Shown here one piece after another: positions 60,200 through 64,000 of a stretch of DNA of 64,000 nucleotides. The position numbers and the translations under genes were made by a program. The notes under the pieces are model-generated. The model searched no databases. It had not been told where the DNA came from and saw nothing but the letters and a program-made list of their open reading frames with translations. The first letter of the stretch is position 1. Each line of letters opens with the position of its first letter. This DNA is from Plasmodiophora brassicae (lineage: Eukaryota): the NCBI GenBank assembly GCA_036867785.1, contig CP145421.1, positions 620,001-684,000 on the forward strand. The letters run 5' to 3'.

Positions 60200-61170
60200 T
60201 ATAAAGTCGCCATCGCTGACTGCGGCAGGCGATAACGTCATTATGTATGAGTATATGCAACCCCAACCCACGCCGCCCGCGGTCTGACCAGCGCACCGTT
60301 GACCGTCTGCACTTTGTGACGCACTGACGCTCGCGGCGCGCTCGTCAAAAAGCGCACCCCTGTGACTGCGGCGCGCGGACGCAGCCCGAGGCACCAACAG
60401 ATGCCCCATCGGCCCTCAATTTGGAACTCCACTACTGATGACGATGAAGCCGGCCACCATTTGTGGGGTCTTCCGAGCCGATTGCGTAGTTGGACGGATG
60501 CCCCCTTCACTTCACACAAGAGCACCTGCCCGAGTCGGGAAATTGAGGCCGGACTCACCAACGGGGCAAGGAGATTGGATCACGTCCATGCCGCGTCTCG
60601 TTTGACTGGAATCCGAGGCGAGACGTGCTTGCGGCACGGTATCGCGCCTGTGCCGGTGGTGCTTGGGTTCTTGTCGGGCAGCGATGATACGCCACCTGGC
60701 TATCTTCATGAGGCGAACTCGTCCTGCGGGGCGTACAGGCGCGAGGCCATTATGAACAGTCGCACACCCGTACAACGCAGTTTGCAGCCTGGTCGAGCTC
60801 GTGCTCGAGCTCTGTGAGCCCTTTTTAGTGTCAACCCGCTCTAAGCGGGTTTCGTTTACTCCACCTGTTATCGATCTATCGTAAACAGGCCTTACATGAT
60901 TGCCTGGCGTCATCATCAGACTACTGAAGCCCCGTCTAACATGGGACGTAGGCCTAATTACACCGAGTCTTCAGCACTAGACGCCACCCCGCCGTCGAGT
61001 CCATAATTCTGTACGACGTATCTTCCGATAGTCAACTGAGTCATTACGGTTATACTCCCACATCCCCAGCTCGAGTACTACCTGAACGTTAAGTGCGATT
61101 TGTTCAGCTCGGACTCCGTGGCGCGCAGTCCGGGACTCCGTGACAGTTCGCGGGGCGGTTCAAGACTGAA

Positions 61171-61682
61171 ATGGGACGCAAGAATTGGAGTGTCTCCGAT
61201 CCATCAGACATTCGCATTGACGACATAGCCCAAGTGACATCGACACGCGGCTCGAATCTCGTTGATGTCCGACGGAGGAACGGCGACAATGTTGTCTGCG
61301 TTATGGCCAATTGTTTCCGTGACACGAATTGGATCCGAAGAGGTAGGCACATGTCACTAGTCCTGGGATACCTATTCGATATAACACTGGCCCTGCTTTG
61401 AGTGCAGGTTCGTATGTGCTGATTGTCCCAATCGAGGGTTCTAAGACAACGGTGACGCATGAGGTCACTCATGTGCTCATGCCTGATCAAGTCAAGTCCT
61501 TGCGCCGGCAAGGCGCCTGGCCGACCGAATTCTCGGACGCCAGTTGTCGACCTCCATCGCCTGCTGTTGATGATGATGTTGCGGACGACGATGTCGATGA
61601 CCCTCTGATGCGGCCCAACACCAATCGCATTGAAGTCCCTCTATCACCATCGTCGTCCGATGACCTGTCTGAGTCCGATTGA
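61171..61682 (+). CDS. EIF1AD: EIF1AD-like S1/OB-fold RNA-binding protein
   Basis: IAQV...RGSNL..V...M...FR...WIRRGSYVLI.PI; WPTEF; NTNR; acidic tail. Confidence 0.88.
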
Positions 61683-62575
61683 ACCAATCCGTTAAATTTT
61701 ATGACTGTCAAAGTTCATCCGCAGCGGCGCGAGCACTGTCCACCTGCGGAGCCGAGAACACAGATGCCTGGAACTTCTTGCACTACGATACACGTTTCAG
61801 GACTTTTCCGTAGTGATAAATGAACAGACTACCTAGGTCCGTCCTTACTCCAGCGGGCGAAGGCGTCCTTGGTTATGCCTATTCATCTATCAGTATGGTA
61901 AATGCCTGAAAAATATATCGCTGTTCAAGAAGTTCCAGGTGTCTTCTCGGCTCCGCAGGTGGGCCGTCTTTGAACGTTAGCAATAGTTGGTGCGCATTGG
62001 GTCCCCGACGACCATCGTCGTGTGCAGGATTGATTGCGTAGAAGCGATTGCTTTTGCTTGATGGCGACATACTGGTCCAATGCTGTTAACGTTACGGGCT
62101 CCTAGCAAGTATATCCTCACGTAACGTCGTCAGATGACATGAGAGCCAGCCCTTCGACGTTTTCTTGAACAATTTCAAGTCGCCGACTTCGTATTCACCA
62201 AGGGCTTGATACAACGCGTTCCGTGGTTGGATGCTTACGTACGGTTTCACCGTCGCGCCAAGGCTAAGGTGGTACAACGCGGTACTGTTGACTCTATCGT
62301 CGTCTTCGCTTCCCGTACGTTTGTCATGATCGTCGAGGACCTCATTGGCGGTTGATCCCCGGAGCCGGACGACACCGTCGCGGGTCCAACACCTGGCAAG
62401 CTGAAAGCGCTGACCGCAGGCCGACGTATGGAGTTTTGTGGCCATCAGGAACAATCCGAGATCCTCACCAGTCACCCTCCACGAAGTGACGTCGCGATAC
62501 TTGGACCCAGGGGTGACAATTGACGCACGAATTGCCAGACCAATACTATATGCCGGGCTACAATACGGTCAAGGG

Positions 62576-63605
62576 TCATCCGAAGGCGTGGCTTGGCTCG
62601 AGACGGCACTTTGCTGGAACCTCCTGAGTGAATGTCGTCCAACACGTCTGGAAGTACCGGCCCTGGGGCGAATAGTCCTGGACTTCGGTGCGGCCAACCC
62701 ATTCTCCTGTGTACTTCCTCGGCAGCGGGAACGGGCGCGTATCCGATTCGAACTTGCCACAGTGGAAGCTATCGTGCACGATGCTATCCTCGACCACGAA
62801 CGGCCACAGTACGTCTCCTAGCCAGGTCTCCTCCTTGCATGCGTCTGTGTCACCATTGTCCTGTGATCTGCAACGGCTGAGAAACTTGTCAATACTGGAC
62901 GGGACGTCAACCACGTCGCGAACGCTTGGCGCGTATGCACCCCAGGTGCCCTGTGTGAACATGAAGTTGCAGTGGGGCGTATGCAGATCGAGGTTACCGA
63001 TGGGATTGGGTATGCATGCTGTACAGGATGGTCCCGCATGATGTGGAACGTCCTGTTCGACATCATCCAGGCGTGGATCGCCGCAATCTCCCGGTCCGAG
63101 ATCCTGGTCGAGCACGCTCGCATGACGGCGAACTCGACGGCCGGATCGGCCAGCGCCAACGTTCGCCAGAATCGCTGCGAGTCGCCCGTCCATTTCGCGG
63201 AGGCATTATCGTCACGCAGACGAACAACGTCTCCACCCGCCTGTCGGATTTCGTCGGCGGTGCTGTCGGGGAACGACTCGCCGACGTAGAAACGCGATCG
63301 CCACCCAACGAGATACAGCGGCACGCTTTTGGCGTTCTCGATCGCACCGATTACTTCGGCCGGTTCGGTGCTGAGCAGCGCGAAGGACACGACCTTGGTC
63401 GCTGCGTCGAATCCAGGCCGCTTCCAGAACGGGACCGTCCTGTGCGGCCATCAGTGTCGGGGACGACGCCGCTGACCGCAATCACGGCAGACCGGTCGAC
63501 GGTCCGCGTCGGACCCGACAGCGTCCCGGATCGGGTCGCCCAGACCGCCAGCAGAACCACGACCTGGAGCGCCACCCACACCGCCAGCAGGTCGCTGCGA
63601 CGCAT
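62576..63605 (-). CDS. Type II membrane protein with glycosyltransferase-like lumenal domain
   Basis: N-terminal TM; KVVSFAL..GAIENA..GWRSRFY..FWR..DP.V..REIAAI.AW..S..FHIMRDH..G.WG..LWP..HDSFHC. Confidence 0.7.
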
Positions 63606-63876
63606 CCGCCGCTGCGCCGTCTGCCCCGGCAACGAATGTGACGGCATGCACCACCGCAGGGCACGGCAAACCGTGGGGCACCACTGCCGACCCCCATACT
63701 ACCTATCGACTTGCGCCGCCGTTTCACAATGCGCAGTGCAGTTTTCTCCGACTGGCTATGCCATCGGGGGGCATCACACCAGTCGCCAGTCATCACCTGT
63801 CTCTGGCCCGCTGGACTTGACTGCAGTAGCGTCATTTTTGTTTGGGGTGTGCGGCGGCGACGTCGGGGGGATCGGG

Positions 63877-64000
63877 ATGGTCGTCGCCACGACCGTGTAC
63901 CGGCTGACGGCGCAGCGCGACCGCATGTACCAGGCGTTCCGGTTCGGCAGCGTCTTTCAAGTGTTTGCCACGGGTGCGTGTGCGATGGCGCTGCCAGTGG
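63877..64000 (+). CDS. Possible start of a gene running off the window end
   Basis: MVVATTVYRLTAQRDRMYQAFRFGSVFQVFAT followed by a GTGCG donor-like site; no family recognised. Confidence 0.3.
   Translation, partial: MVVATTVYRLTAQRDRMYQAFRFGSVFQVFATGACAMALPV

Noticed and set aside
60700-60826. Minus-strand AAAAAGGGCT resembling the U11 snRNA 5' end
   Set aside because: No Sm site or other U11 elements downstream, and no U12-type introns noticed.
61700-62560. Minus-strand ORF fragments (127 aa and 63 aa)
   Set aside because: May be a degraded or spliced orphan gene, but I could not assign a start, family or consistent exon chain.

Overview
Compact, GC-rich, intron-rich eukaryotic genomic DNA with many ~50-60 nt GT-AG introns and intergenic gaps often under 200 bp. 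Gene style and content suggest a flagellated protist such as the phytomyxid Plasmodiophora (inference, not verified). Most of the window is housekeeping genes: an IBTK-like ankyrin/RCC1 protein, eIF3b, SSSCA1/ZNRD2, RBBP6/Mpe1, xanthine dehydrogenase, SIN1, TFIIIC large subunit, RanBP9/10, PPIL2, a PAQR protein, PCBD, Rpn3, WDR47, tRNA-Leu(CAG), COG6, RBM34, FANCL, CNOT9, an F-box protein, CHMP5, topoisomerase II, a CAMK-type kinase, RPP21, a hotdog thioesterase and EIF1AD. The main accessory region is a ~9 kb island at about 4.9-13.7 kb. It holds a near-intact intronless tyrosine-recombinase (Crypton-like, RT-less) element with a tandem CX2CX12CX2H insertion and GGTAGGA repeats at both flanks, plus a second decayed member of the same family. 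It also holds a deleted MULE transposase whose SWIM segment is duplicated in inverted orientation (Mu-killer-like hairpin), a chromovirus remnant and two intact copies of a LITAF gene. Also notable are two long RNA-like hairpins at 55.9 and 57.2 kb, an NLR-like STAND/TPR gene, a probably mitochondrial Top2 and a TM microprotein with two PSAP motifs. Exon boundaries were read by eye and are approximate.
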